DNA of 62,760 nucleotides, filler included, from Globobulimina sp. (lineage: Eukaryota), in NCBI GenBank assembly GCA_003354225.1. It is 21 parts of 21 records of this genome, joined end to end, with 100 filler letters (N's around TTAATTAATTAA, not from the genome) between each part and the next. Parts side by side here need not be neighbours in the genome. Positions count along the whole stretch, not along the records: positions 35,935 to 38,826 come from PIVH01004472.1; positions 38,927 to 41,818 come from PIVH01004473.1; positions 41,919 to 44,810 come from PIVH01004474.1; positions 44,911 to 47,802 come from PIVH01004475.1; 17 more parts are not named here. One strand, written 5' to 3'. This document shows positions 35,935-47,902 of the stretch, piece after piece (within the stretch, counting starts at the first letter, position 1; each line of letters opens with the position of its first letter). Position numbers and translations under genes: made by a program. The notes under the pieces were generated by a model that did no database searches, was not told the origin of the DNA, and saw only the letters and a list, made by a program, of their open reading frames with translations.

Positions 35935-36876
35935 GTCTTTTACTCCTTCTATATATTTGACTTCTTCGGAATCACGTTCTTCAATGGGAATTTCTTGAAC
36001 TCCGTTTTCCATTTTCCAATCAAATGTCGAGGAAGGTAATGCTACGTAAAATGGAATGTTGTTATCTTTTGCTGCGAGTGCTTTCAGGTAAGTTCCAATT
36101 TTGTTAGATACGTCACCAGTGTAAGTTGTTCTATCAGTTCCAGTAATAACAATATCAACCTTGCCATGTTGCATTAAATGTCCACCGACATTGTCGGGTA
36201 TAACAGTATGTGGTACACCATGCTTTCCTAGTTCCCATGCCGTAAGTCTTGCTCCTTGATTACGTGGACGGGTTTCATCTACCCATACATGAACTTTTAT
36301 GCCTTTATTGAAAGCTTCATAAATTGGCGCAGTTGCAGAACCATAATCTACGAATGCAAGCCATCCTGCATTACAATGAGTGAGAATATTTACTGTTTCT
36401 CCACTTTTTTTTTCAGAAATTTCTTCAATTAATTTTGATCCATGTTCTCCAATTTTTTTGCAGAAATTTGCATCTTCATCCTCAATTTCTTTTGCGATTT
36501 TTTTTGCAATTTGAATTTTTTCGATTACATCTTTTCCATTTTCAATTTCTTTTAGTTGCCGTTCAATTGCCCAGCGCAAATTTACTGCTGTAGGTCTTGT
36601 AGAAATCAAAAAATCTGCATCATTTTGTAAATCGATATCAAAATTATCTTTTGATGCATTTAAAGCGGCTAAATACATTCCCCATCCGGCGGTAGCTCCA
36701 ATTAAGCCAGCGCCACGTACATGCATATCTTTTAATGCAATAGCTACATCTTTAGTTGTTTTTAAATCTTCAATAATAAATTCGAAAGGTAAAAATCTTT
36801 GATCAATGATTTGTACAATTCCGTCATCAAATTCACTAAGCCAAATGGTTCTGTAATGTTTATTATCAATTTTCAT
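35935..36876 (-). CDS. mtnA: Bacterial S-methyl-5-thioribose-1-phosphate isomerase, 3'-truncated
   Basis: IIDQRFLP, VRGAGLIG, TRPTAVNL, ILTHCNAG, DETRPRNQGARLTAWEL and NKIGTY motifs; intronless; AGGGA Shine-Dalgarno-like site before ATG 36876. Confidence 0.95.
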
Positions 36877-36936
36877 AAATATCCCTATCAAAAAATAAAA
36901 AGAAATAGTATTTATTACTTTCTGGAATTAATAGTA

Positions 36937-37622
36937 TTATTCTTTTGCGATCAGTTCTGCTATTTGAACTGCGTTTAAGGCTGCACCTTTTAATATTTGG
37001 TCGCCCGATACAAAAAATTCTATTCCGTAATCATCAAACACGATATTTTTTCGAATTCTTCCGACTTCAACGTCAAATTGCTCAGTTGCATTAAGAGGCA
37101 TTGGATAGACATTGTTTTTTATATCGTCTTTTAACACAACGCCGGTAGTTTCTGACATTATAGTTTTGAACTCTTCAATATTGGCAGGTTCTTTTGTCTG
37201 TACTACAATACTTTCTGAATGCGCACGAACGGTAGGAATTCTAACACATGTGCATGAAATTTTCAATTCTGAATCATTAAAAATTTTTTGTGTTTCCCAA
37301 ACTACTTTCATTTCTTCTTTAGTGTAATCGTTATCTTGAAATGCGTCTATATGTGGAATTACGTTGAATGGAATTGGATGTGCAAACATTTTATTTTCAA
37401 CGGGCTCATTATTAAGAGCATTTTTTGTTTGTTCCATAAGTTCTTTCATACCGCCAGCTCCTGCACCACTTGTTGCTTGGTAGGTTGAAATTATTACTTT
37501 TTGTATACCATATTTTTTGTAAATTTGAAATAATGGAATTGCAGCAATTGCTGTTGTGCAATTTGGATTTGCAATTAATTTTGAATCTTTAATGGCCTCA
37601 GGATTTATTTCTGGTATGATTA
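36937..37622 (-). CDS. asd: Bacterial aspartate-semialdehyde dehydrogenase, N-terminal ~100 aa missing (chimeric junction)
   Basis: IPEINP, IANPNCTT, STYQATSGAG, YTKEEMKV, TCVRIP...AHSES and GDQILKGAALNAVQIAE motifs; operon-like with mtnA (60-bp gap). Confidence 0.95.
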
Positions 37623-38689
37623 CTGAACGATTTTGCACCATTTATATCCAAACAATCTCTCCAAATCATATTATTTATGGTATAATAGCCAGATATAAAG
37701 CGATGGATTGGATTGCGAACAAACGTAAAACCGCAATCAGTATAAACAGTTTGGTGATTAGTCTCCGGTCCATCCATCCAATGTTGCTGAAAGTTAAAGT
37801 GATCTGAAAGCATTCCAGCGGTTGAAGATGACGCACATTTCGGCATATGATAATACACCGGAACGCTGTCCTTATTCTTTGCTGTCAATGATTTGTTATT
37901 TTTAATAATATCCATATAGTCATTAGTTGTTCGAATTGGAGTATGCGGTCTATAGCATCTGTGCTTAAGTAGCGCACCAACACCTTATTCACAGCAATGT
38001 GTCTAATGATTGTCAGAAATGTAAGCAACAAAATATACCTTCTCTTGTCCAAATGTGTGGTCTCCAGTTTTGATGTTTGGTGCAGGATATTGACGGAGTA
38101 TGCACTGCGATTAAGTTTTCAATGTCAATATTTTCCAAATCCAGGATTGCATTTTGACATTGTAACTGATTCAACGGATTATCATAAATTATATTGGTCG
38201 GTCCATCTTCATCGAGATCAGATGCATTGCTCTCATTCGTTGTTTGCAATGCGGCATGTTGGGGAGCAGTATTTTGTTCTAGTGTTTGTAATCTGTTGTT
38301 TAGCTCAGTCATTGCATTCTTTTGTTTTTCTAGTTGTTGTTCAACACTGTTGAACCGTGACTCGATGTCTTCGCGTTGTGATAAGGACGCTATATTCCGG
38401 CGATCTGGGTAATATAATTGTAAATGTTCAAATTAATGTAAATATAATGCATACGTATACTGTATGTACGATCAATCACATCTAAAAATAACAAAAAACA
38501 AATGCATTACTCCATTTATGACGTATAAGATAAAATGTATGTGATACCGTGATGTATGTCAACAATTAGATGTTCATTTTGTAGAGGAACATCATAACCA
38601 TGTTGAGTGAGTTGAAACAGTGCGAATAAAATAACAACAATTGCTGCTAATATTATTACAGATCGAATCAGTTTGCTGGTTGTTTTCAT
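37620..38689 (-). CDS. Eukaryotic type II membrane sulfotransferase (family 2), spliced, 3' end replaced by asd
   Basis: N-terminal TM anchor (VIILAAIVVILFALF) and coiled stem; YYHMPKCASSS (5'-PSB) and FTFVRNPIHRFISGY (3'-PB) motifs. Confidence 0.8.
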
Positions 38690-38926
38690 TATTATACTGC
38701 CAACTTTTCACAGTTGTGAAAAACAGCGTAATTTGACCATCTACTTTGAAGCATTTTGAAGTACTTTGAACTGACTAGCAATGCGTTAGTAATGCATTTA
38801 TACTACATTATACGACAAAAAAAATGNNNNNNNNNNNNNNNNNNNNNNNNNNNNNNNNNNNNNNNNNNNNTTAATTAATTAANNNNNNNNNNNNNNNNNN
38901 NNNNNNNNNNNNNNNNNNNNNNNNNN

Positions 38927-39465
38927 ATATCATCAGAAGTGGCATTTGTAAATAGATGATGACAACGACCCAGCCAAAAATTAAATAAACCATTCAATTC
39001 ATAGTCTAACACTAATTTACGCAAAATTAAATATGCTTTCTTTATTTTTCCGTTTTGTATATATTTTAATGATTTGAAAAATGTATTGGATGCAAATGAG
39101 TCGGTATTTAAATTTGAATAACGACAAAATTTCAAAAAATCCGATTCCGATAAATGATGAAATTGGCAATAACGACCATGTTGACAACCTGAATAAAAAT
39201 ATGGATTATAAAATTTACAAATATTATGTTTATTTATTCCCTTTGTATCATAGTCTCGGAATTCTCGTTCTTTTTTCTCATTCCACTGATATTGACAAAA
39301 ATTCGCATCATATAATTCATTATAAACAACATCGTCATTACAGTCAATAAAAACTCGTCTATTATAATTATTTTCCTTCACTTTTGTACTATAATTTGGT
39401 TTAAAGCGAGGTTGTCTGTCTTGGAATACATCATCGCATCTTTTTCTTTTACGTAGACTACTCAT
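38927..39465 (-). CDS. CCCH zinc-finger protein with a following TPR-like helix pair, 3'-truncated
   Basis: CKFYNPYFYSGCQHGRYCQFHH; basic N-terminal NLS-like RKRKR. Confidence 0.65.
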
Positions 39466-39562
39466 GTTTCAATACTAGTGTTTTTTTCTTAGGTACGTTA
39501 AAAATATAAGGTTTGTTTAGAAATAAATACAACGCACTCACACTCAGCTAGAGAATGTCAAC

Positions 39563-39627
39563 CATATCGCATCATATTATATCACATATCATCATTAATT
39601 ACATGTGATATAATATGGTGCAATATG
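39563..39627. repeat. Intergenic inverted repeat: 25-bp arms with 2 mismatches, 15-nt loop
   Basis: CATATCGCATCATATTATATCACAT pairs with ATGTGATATAATATGGTGCAATATG. Confidence 0.85.
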
Positions 39628-39681
39628 ATTGCTATTACCGTGGAGTTCAATGTTTATGCGATATCCGTAAAGATATCGATA

Positions 39682-41661
39682 TCATTCATATTGTTTCTCA
39701 AATTCGTTGATAGCAAACGTATATGTTGGTTTTATCGGTTTTGTGTTTCCTGTTAATAAAAACTGATAAATATATTGATCTTTATCAATTTTCTCAGTCA
39801 AACATTTAAAATCTTTTTTCAATTCATTGATTATATCACTTTGAAATTTTTCAGTTTTACTAATTTTAATATAAATATATGAGGCATTTTTTGATAACTT
39901 ATTTTGAATGGCATTAAATATATTTGTCATTGCATTTAATTTTCTGTTCTTTTGTGATGGTATTTTCTTTTTTCTTTTACGTTTTTTAGTTTTAAATTTT
40001 TTATATGTTGGTTCACAATAAAAAAACTCAAATTTATCAATATTCTCACCATATTTCTCAATAATATCTGTAATTACAACGTCGATTAAACACCACGATG
40101 CTCTGACAAATTTAACCCGAAATTGTTTAATATTATTAATTGTGGAATTTGTTGATTGACAAAATAATTTATTTAAAAATATATTTATCAGTTGATTTGA
40201 ATCATTAATATCATGTTCAAATGTTTTATAATCATCGTCAATGCATAAAAATAATTTATTTACATTTTTTCCAATTTTAATTTTCGTACAATATCCAATA
40301 AACGTATCAATTGCAACATTTTCATGAAATTTAATGTGAAATTCATTGATATTTGATAAATTACTTAAATTTTCTAAATCATAATCGTTTCTTATTACTG
40401 TCCAATTTAACATAAATGATAAACAATTGGTGATTGGTAATAATAGCGGATGGTCGATATTCACTCCATCGCCACGCCCATATTTATTCGAATATGGCAT
40501 TGCATTTCGAATTAATATATTTTTTACATATATACCAATACCATCAACGTCTGCAACCTCCGCATCTGCGACATGGCCGACGTGACATTCATTCAATACC
40601 AACATGTTTGTATTTTGTTTACTTTTATCATTTGTACTCAATGCATTTATAGTTAATGATGGTATTTGTAATAATATGTTATTAAGAATTAATTTATTTA
40701 AACTTTTATTATATTTCAATAAGAAATTTGATAAATTTTCATCGAATGATGGAGTAAATACAGAAAATGGATAATTATTCTCATTATTATCATGATCAAA
40801 ATTTAATATTATTTGATTTGTGCCATTAATAATTAACTCCTCAATGGCAACACCATCGATGTCAATGTTAATTAATATTTGATTAATTAATGAATGAAAT
40901 GCGAAAAAATTCACAGGAATCTCAATCCGTTTTATATTTTTCATTTGTTTATTTATTTCAATAAATATGGATTTCCATTCACTTTCAATCTCTTTATGTC
41001 TATGATTAAAATATATATTCTCCTTTTTCCTTTTTTTATTTTTCCTGTTAATATTAATGTTTTTTTCTTGTTTAAATGATATAAATTTACAATTTTTAAA
41101 TCTAAACAAATTATATTTATAATGATAACTCGATATTTGTAATTTTTCATTGTTATTAAATGAGAGTGGATGATGACAATGAATACGGAACGTTTTACAA
41201 ACAATTTCAATCATTAATAATTCACATAATTGTAAATAGCTAAATATTGAATACAATATTAACGAGCCAAAATCTAATAATTTATATTCATCAGTCATTG
41301 TTTCTAAGCATGGCACTTCTTGCAATTCATCATCACGATCTGGCACTGCTTCCTCTTTTTCCTTTGATTTATTATCATTTTCTACTTCCATTTCTTTATC
41401 ATCATCACTTGTTTGTGTTTGTATTTGCATTTTTTGTTTTATTTTAAGTGTCTGCACCAAGATTAATAATTTTGATAGTTGACTTCGTGATAAATTTAAT
41501 TCGTTAAATCCATAAAGAATAACATTAGCAAATTGTTCCGGACTAATTATATCAACACTTCCTAATAAAAATTCCTCAATTAATTTCTCGTCCATTTCAT
41601 TCCATTCTTTCTCAAGTTGTAATAAAATCGCAGAAGAATCTGCATTCACCAGAGTTGACAT
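39682..41661 (-). CDS. F-box protein with LRR-like C-terminal region
   Basis: LLDFGSLILYSIFSYLQLCELLMIEIVCKTF is an F-box motif; LxxLxL-type repeats follow. Confidence 0.7.
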   Translation of the reverse strand: MSTLVNADSSAILLQLEKEWNEMDEKLIEEFLLGSVDIISPEQFANVILYGFNELNLSRSQLSKLLILVQTLKIKQKMQIQTQTSDDDKEMEVENDNKSKEKEEAVPDRDDELQEVPCLETMTDEYKLLDFGSLILYSIFSYLQLCELLMIEIVCKTFRIHCHHPLSFNNNEKLQISSYHYKYNLFRFKNCKFISFKQEKNININRKNKKRKKENIYFNHRHKEIESEWKSIFIEINKQMKNIKRIEIPVNFFAFHSLINQILINIDIDGVAIEELIINGTNQIILNFDHDNNENNYPFSVFTPSFDENLSNFLLKYNKSLNKLILNNILLQIPSLTINALSTNDKSKQNTNMLVLNECHVGHVADAEVADVDGIGIYVKNILIRNAMPYSNKYGRGDGVNIDHPLLLPITNCLSFMLNWTVIRNDYDLENLSNLSNINEFHIKFHENVAIDTFIGYCTKIKIGKNVNKLFLCIDDDYKTFEHDINDSNQLINIFLNKLFCQSTNSTINNIKQFRVKFVRASWCLIDVVITDIIEKYGENIDKFEFFYCEPTYKKFKTKKRKRKKKIPSQKNRKLNAMTNIFNAIQNKLSKNASYIYIKISKTEKFQSDIINELKKDFKCLTEKIDKDQYIYQFLLTGNTKPIKPTYTFAINEFEKQYE

Positions 41662-41918
41662 TGTTTTTCAGTGCTTTACTGAATCCTCAGTTTAACAATA
41701 CAGATAACCACCCCCTGGTCGATAAGTCGGACACCCCCTGGTTGCTATTAATGCTATAGCTTGGGTTTGTTCTGTGTTTGTTTTAACTTTGTCTTCGGTT
41801 GCACAATTGTAGATTTCANNNNNNNNNNNNNNNNNNNNNNNNNNNNNNNNNNNNNNNNNNNNTTAATTAATTAANNNNNNNNNNNNNNNNNNNNNNNNNN
41901 NNNNNNNNNNNNNNNNNN

Positions 41919-43614
41919 TCAAAAGGTATAAATTGAAACATTAATAAACCAATATCGTTTCCCAATATTTGTAACAATACATCCTTTATTAATGGTTTTA
42001 TAATTAATCTCTCATAATAAGATATTATCATTCTTAATAAATAATCTTCAACGCCTGCATATAGTCTTACTCTTAATGGCAAAATATAAAATATCACTCT
42101 TTCTTCTTTATACACAATCAAAAACATGATAAACATTATTAACATCATTCCGAACATTACCAATAACATTGTCGTTTGGAATAACGGCAAATCATAAATA
42201 ACAGACTGTCCATTAATTGTAATAACAATTATAACCAAAACGGGAAACAAAAAAGTAACGATTCTCGACAATCCATAATATAAAAAGCAGACTTTCACCA
42301 CACACTCATCCCAATCACTCTGATGGTTAAATCCACTTAATTTAAATCTTTGTATCAATATATTTCTATATAATTGATGCAGTGCAGAATATGTGATATC
42401 CGAATATTGCGTTGAATGTTCTTTTTGCTCCAAATATTTATATAATTTTGCATCATTATTTTTCATTAACAATAGCTCTCGATTTACACAGCATATTCGA
42501 GTGATGGTGTCTGGTGATGTTTGAATCCAATTTAATATTTTGATCCATATAATTGCAGAAGCAGTGGATGGTATTCTTCCATGACAACATTTATAAACAG
42601 CATACGCGAAATAGCTATAACACAATATTTCCAACATCATAGTGCCTAAAATCATACCCAAGGCCCATAACGGCAACACAAAACAACCAGCAATCATCAC
42701 TTCACATAAATAACAGTCAATATTCCATAGTTCATATCGAATTTGCTCGATCCCCCAGCCAAACATAGGAATACAGCAGAAGAAACATGTTGGAATGGTT
42801 ACAATATATATTTTATACAACCAAATATTTCTTAACAGCTCAATGCTGTTTTCATTGATTATATCTCCAGCATAAAATACAAAGGATAAGACAAAGAATA
42901 TTGCAAAGAAATCACAGACCGCGTATGTCCATGTAAATAGCATAGTTTTTATATTTATGGAGGTTGCCGCTGAAAATATTAATGATTTGGATGATACGGA
43001 TATCATTGAAACAATAATTGAGATCATAGCGATGATATTAAATTCATTGTAATACATTATAGCAATCATTTGAAGAATAGATTGAGGGAAAGCTTCCATT
43101 ATTGCTTCCATCAAAAAGCCGATATGTTTTGATAGTTTATTTTCCATCCATTCTCTCGATTTACTCTCGATTTACTTTCATCTTTTCTTGGTAAATAATT
43201 ATAAAAATGAAAACAGCACCAATCGGAACTGCAGCTATGCAAAAAAAAAAATATAAATGAGAGTAATGGAGCAAATGGCAATGCAAAGCATGTGCAGTAA
43301 CATAATGTCAATGGATTGTGTTTATAAGAATCGCCATAACGAATATTGAATACTAGAACATAGGCAAAGTTGGCAAGAATTAATATAATCAATGATGCTG
43401 TAAAAAATATCATTCTGTTCTGATTATACCATTGTACCAATATCCAAATATCTGTTATTATATCAAAGAAACTGATCAATGCTGCAATAATATCATACAA
43501 AATATCAAATTGTTTGTTGCAAAATGCTTTTGGTTCCAATTTTTGATTGTTTGTGGACTTTGTGTTGGGTCTATTCATCAAAGTATGTTGCTCGTTTGTG
43601 TCATCTGCCAGCAT
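41919..43614 (-). pseudogene. XK-related (Xkr-like) membrane protein frameshifted by an 11-bp duplication at ~43153-43175
   Basis: FFDIITDIWILVQWY and MEAIMEAFPQSILQ are XK motifs; removing one AGTAAATCGAG copy restores DESKSREWMENK. Confidence 0.75.
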
Positions 43615-43685
43615 ACTAACAATGTTTTTGTTGCTGGAGTTTTTAGCTCTTGCATCGATCCTTGACTTAAATTAGTTGAATAAAA

Positions 43686-44810
43686 ATGGCTGTTGAACTC
43701 AGAATGGAGCTAATCCCCAATAATAATGAAATTGGAGAGAATGAAGAAGAAAAACATGCTCAATTATTGAACGACAATCAATCTGAATCTGGCAGTGAAT
43801 CAAAAGAGGAACAGCTTCCACAGGTTTATGAGATTGATTTAGAGCGACAAAAATATATTTTTACAATGAATTGGACACCTTGTAAAGTGAGAATTAATCG
43901 GGATACAGCATCAGTGAGTATTGATAATCATAGTTTTTTCATGGATTATGCCGGCATTGCTAATATCCCATTAAATAAATGTACAATTTCATACCCACCA
44001 ATGGATAGTGTGGACAAAATACAGTATTTGCAATTATTATATCATAATGACGACAATACAGTATTTGCAACAAAATTTAGATTACCAGACCGCAAAAGAG
44101 AGCAACAGGCAGAGATATTGAAACATTACATTGTCATGGCTTGCAATTTGAAAGATTAAAATCTTGCTTGGTACGGTGGAATAAGGGCCATCGGAAAATG
44201 TCGAAATCTGAAATAATTGAAATCTTTAAAGTGAAATATGAATATGACTTATTTGTCATGAAATGAATGAATATGTTTATATGATTGAAAATATGAATGA
44301 AAAAGTTATTAAAGTTTTACAAAGTGCACTAACTTGCACTGAATTTAGCAAACAGGAACCTGAAGAATGGAGAGAAAGATGTAAGAACGCGTTAGAAATT
44401 GAACATAAATGGAAAATATTATCTGCACAAATGAGAGTTAAGAATGTGACTTATGTGATGTCTTATTTTGCGATATATACACAATCATTACACAGGTGCA
44501 GTTAGATAAAATATGTCAAATATCCAAATGCGGTGCAACTGCAAGTTATGGCACAGTTGCAAAATATGAGAATGTACAGAAGATTTTGAAACAAATAGCT
44601 CACGAAAATGCGATATTTTGTACTGATTTACTCCAAAAAGAAATAACAGCCTGGAAACAAATAGCACTAAAATATTTAACTGCATTACAAAATGAGAATG
44701 CAAATAATTCAAAAGGACATCAATGGAAAATAGCAGTTGGAGTTGTGATTGCATTGGCAGGAATTGTAGGAGTTATTGGTTTGTTTGTATGTCCACTTTC
44801 TGCAGTAACA
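43686..44810 (+). CDS. Hypothetical protein(s), probably spliced, with C-terminal TM helix
   Basis: Three ORFs on the same strand, ending in IAVGVVIALAGIVGVIGLFV; exon structure not resolved. Confidence 0.45.
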
Positions 44811-44910
44811 NNNNNNNNNNNNNNNNNNNNNNNNNNNNNNNNNNNNNNNNNNNNTTAATTAATTAANNNNNNNNNNNNNNNNNNNNNNNNNNNNNNNNNN
44901 NNNNNNNNNN

Positions 44911-46004
44911 TGCTTAAATTGGCACCCTTGTGGCCGTACTTTTACATCCATTCCTTGATTGTCGTGATTTGTTTCATCAACGCTTCGTACGATTGCACCT
45001 GTTCTACCAAGGCAAACTGCGAGGTTTTCATCATTGTCTCGTAATTGCCGCGAAAATAAATCAACTTCATTTGCGTCAAATGTATGGTCCATTTACAGAC
45101 TGCATTCAGGAAAGCCCGGTCGTGCGACACTACGATGACCGTCTTCTGGTACGTTGATAGGTAATTTTGCAGCCATAATACGGTGGGAAAGTCGAGATGA
45201 TTGGTGGGCTCATCTAATAACATCAGGTCTGGCTCGACGAACAACGCCTTGGCCAATTTGACGCGCATTTGCCACCCACCGGATAGGTCGGACACTTTCT
45301 TGCGGCGAATCATATCGAGCGTGAAGCCCAAACCAGTCAGGATTTGCATGGCTTTCTTCTCCGACTGGTCGTAGTTTAGCTCTTCGTGCATGGCCCATAT
45401 TATCCTGTGGTCACATGTTGGTGTTGGAGGGTAGGGGTTGGACGCAACTAAACTCTAAAATTTCGTTGATCTCATCCTGCGCAGTTTCGTCCTCCAACTG
45501 TTCTTGCATTAAAGTTAAGCGGTCCTCGGTTTTGATTAACTGTTCCCTGATTTCGTCCGCTTGCAACACCGCCGCCAATATGCCCTCATCGCAGAATAGT
45601 TCTTCTTGGTTAACAATGACCATTCGAATGTGTGTGGGGAACCCTTCAATTTCGTAGTTATACATTAGTTTTAGTAACGTGGTCTTACCAAAGCCGTTCT
45701 TGCCCACTAAGCCATAAATGCTGTTCTCGCGAATGGCGATTTTCGTTTTTGTTAATAATTCACGCCCACCGCCGGGATCAACCATGGAAAATGCGTCGAT
45801 GTGCACTGATCTTGGCGCGCCAGGGGCGGCGGGGACGTATCCTTTTGGGCCTAGGCGTATATCGTATTTGTCGAGTAAGCCTTTTTTACCCAACATTGGG
45901 TTCGTAGGTCCTTCTTTTTTTTCTTCCTCTGCTTGTTTTTTTTTGTTTTTTTGTTGTTTTTTTTGCTTTTTTTTCAATTTGTTTTTTGCTCCTCCTCGTG
46001 GCAT
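44911..46004 (-). CDS. ABC-F family ATPase (GCN20/ABCF3-like), spliced, 3'-truncated
   Basis: YGLVGKNGFGKTTLL, LSGGWQMRVKLAKALF, LLDEPTNHLD, VVSHDRAFLN and FRGNYE motifs; intron ~45406-45453. Confidence 0.92.
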
Positions 46005-46311
46005 TTCGATTAGTTATTATTTTGGGTACGTTTAAATGGTGATAAATGCAAACTGCAAAGGGTACGTTTGTTGTTGTTAGTGGTGATAAATGCAAAGGCA
46101 ATGGAAATGTTACTGACAAGTTTTTGGCTTAGGTTTTTGATAAAATTCTTTTCAAAAACTACTCTCGCCAGGAGCCACAGGTACCGCTGCTCGCCGACAG
46201 TGAGTAATAAAGACTTGTTTGATAATAGTAGGTAGTTTCAATTGAATTGGCAAAGCAATAAGGCACAATTTGAAACTAAATGTTTGAGAAATGAGTGGTA
46301 CTGTATGATAA

Positions 46312-47571
46312 TCACAAATCAGAAGGAAGAGTATATAGTTCATCATTTTTTGATAAAATTCTGCTTTCAAACATGAAACTGTAGACAGAAAGCTTTGGGA
46401 AAAATGTGTCTAAATTTCTTGTTTGATACCAATGCATTATGTCCACAATATGAGCACCACCATGCAAAGCAACAATTTTCTTATTAGCAACAAAATTCGG
46501 TTTCGATATTGAACTACGTCGCGCTGCAACTTCCCAAAATAAATGAGGATAGCACTGCTTATATTGGACCCAGTAAATTTGGTTTGTACGTTGTTCAAAA
46601 TAATCCATATTGTATTCATCATTTTGCATAAAATAGAAATATTTTCTGTACTTTGTTTTTGAACATCTTTTGTGCGCGTCAGCAACTTTAGCAATATCAC
46701 AAATAATACTATCATTTTGTGTAAAAAATGGATGTAATACCATGTCATCTAAAAATTTATATAATTTCCTCACACCATTTGCATGATTAAAGATGCTCCA
46801 ATCTGCAAATACCAAACTTGTGTTCATTTTATTTTTGCTGATTATATAAATAATATCCAATGCATTTTGTCCTGTCATTTTGTAACGATTCTCCTCTGCA
46901 TACTTCCTTGTACACATTTTCATGGCATAGCCCAATGTAACCAAACCTGCTCCACATAAATTATTCTGCATTCTTGCACCGCAAGCAACACTTGACGCAA
47001 ATGCAAGATTGCCCAAAATATTTAGACATTTGGATGATATTTTTTGTTCATTCCTGGCACAGCAAGCAGCATAAATGCGATGTGGTTCTCCTTCTGTTAA
47101 AAATAACGTCGGTTTCCACATACTGACAAAATGTAAATGGTTTGGATTTTGTATTTGATGATTTTCAGCCATCAATACCAAGGTTTGATTGGTTTTTTTA
47201 TTTTGCAGTATAATCATTGAGTCATCCGCACCAAATTCTGTTTTATAATATGATGTATCATTGATTCTGTTCCATTGTGCAAACCATTCGGATAATTCAA
47301 TATTGACATTATGATCTACAAATATTTTATAGTTATCCACAAAATTTGTTGTAGCAATATCGATGAAAGATTTTTGTGAAATACTGTTTAATTCTACTTT
47401 TGTGAAATTATAATTCCAGTGAATAGAATCTAAGGGAAAATAAAGAATCTCCCCCAGTATGTTCCAAATATGAGCAAAATAGTTTAATTTCAATGGGCGA
47501 GGTGTAGTATCGTGCAAAATTTGTGATAAACACAGGGTGCAAATGGAATCGTTTGCTATTATTTTGAGCAT
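46312..47571 (-). CDS. Hypothetical protein, weakly TraB/Tiki/EreA-like
   Basis: 419-aa ORF; LVLMAENH, KPTLFLTEG and IVALHGGAHIVDI loosely follow that superfamily's H/E/H pattern. Confidence 0.5.
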   Translation of the reverse strand: MLKIIANDSICTLCLSQILHDTTPRPLKLNYFAHIWNILGEILYFPLDSIHWNYNFTKVELNSISQKSFIDIATTNFVDNYKIFVDHNVNIELSEWFAQWNRINDTSYYKTEFGADDSMIILQNKKTNQTLVLMAENHQIQNPNHLHFVSMWKPTLFLTEGEPHRIYAACCARNEQKISSKCLNILGNLAFASSVACGARMQNNLCGAGLVTLGYAMKMCTRKYAEENRYKMTGQNALDIIYIISKNKMNTSLVFADWSIFNHANGVRKLYKFLDDMVLHPFFTQNDSIICDIAKVADAHKRCSKTKYRKYFYFMQNDEYNMDYFEQRTNQIYWVQYKQCYPHLFWEVAARRSSISKPNFVANKKIVALHGGAHIVDIMHWYQTRNLDTFFPKLSVYSFMFESRILSKNDELYTLPSDL

Positions 47572-47902
47572 TGTTGTTTGATTTAATATGTTTCATAAAA
47601 TTGACAAATAAATTATCATAATATTGCATATCGCACCAAATAATATCAAATTGATAGAGCCAAGGACTCGGTCTTAAAGATTCATAAATGTGTCCTTTCG
47701 GTATTTGAGGTATTGATAAAGTATGATATTTGCTGATTAATTTAGGGATTTTTTGACCATTTAAATGGTTTATTGATGAATTTTTGGGATCAATGAGTAC
47801 ACNNNNNNNNNNNNNNNNNNNNNNNNNNNNNNNNNNNNNNNNNNNNTTAATTAATTAANNNNNNNNNNNNNNNNNNNNNNNNNNNNNNNNNNNNNNNNNN
47901 NN

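Noticed and set aside
36895-36935. Rho-independent terminator between asd and mtnA
   Set aside because: The stem is weak, AT-only and bulged, so it cannot be supported.
35935-38689. Horizontal transfer of mtnA/asd into the eukaryote
   Set aside because: The junction truncates both genes out of frame, and bacterial operon features are intact with no introns; a chimera is more parsimonious.
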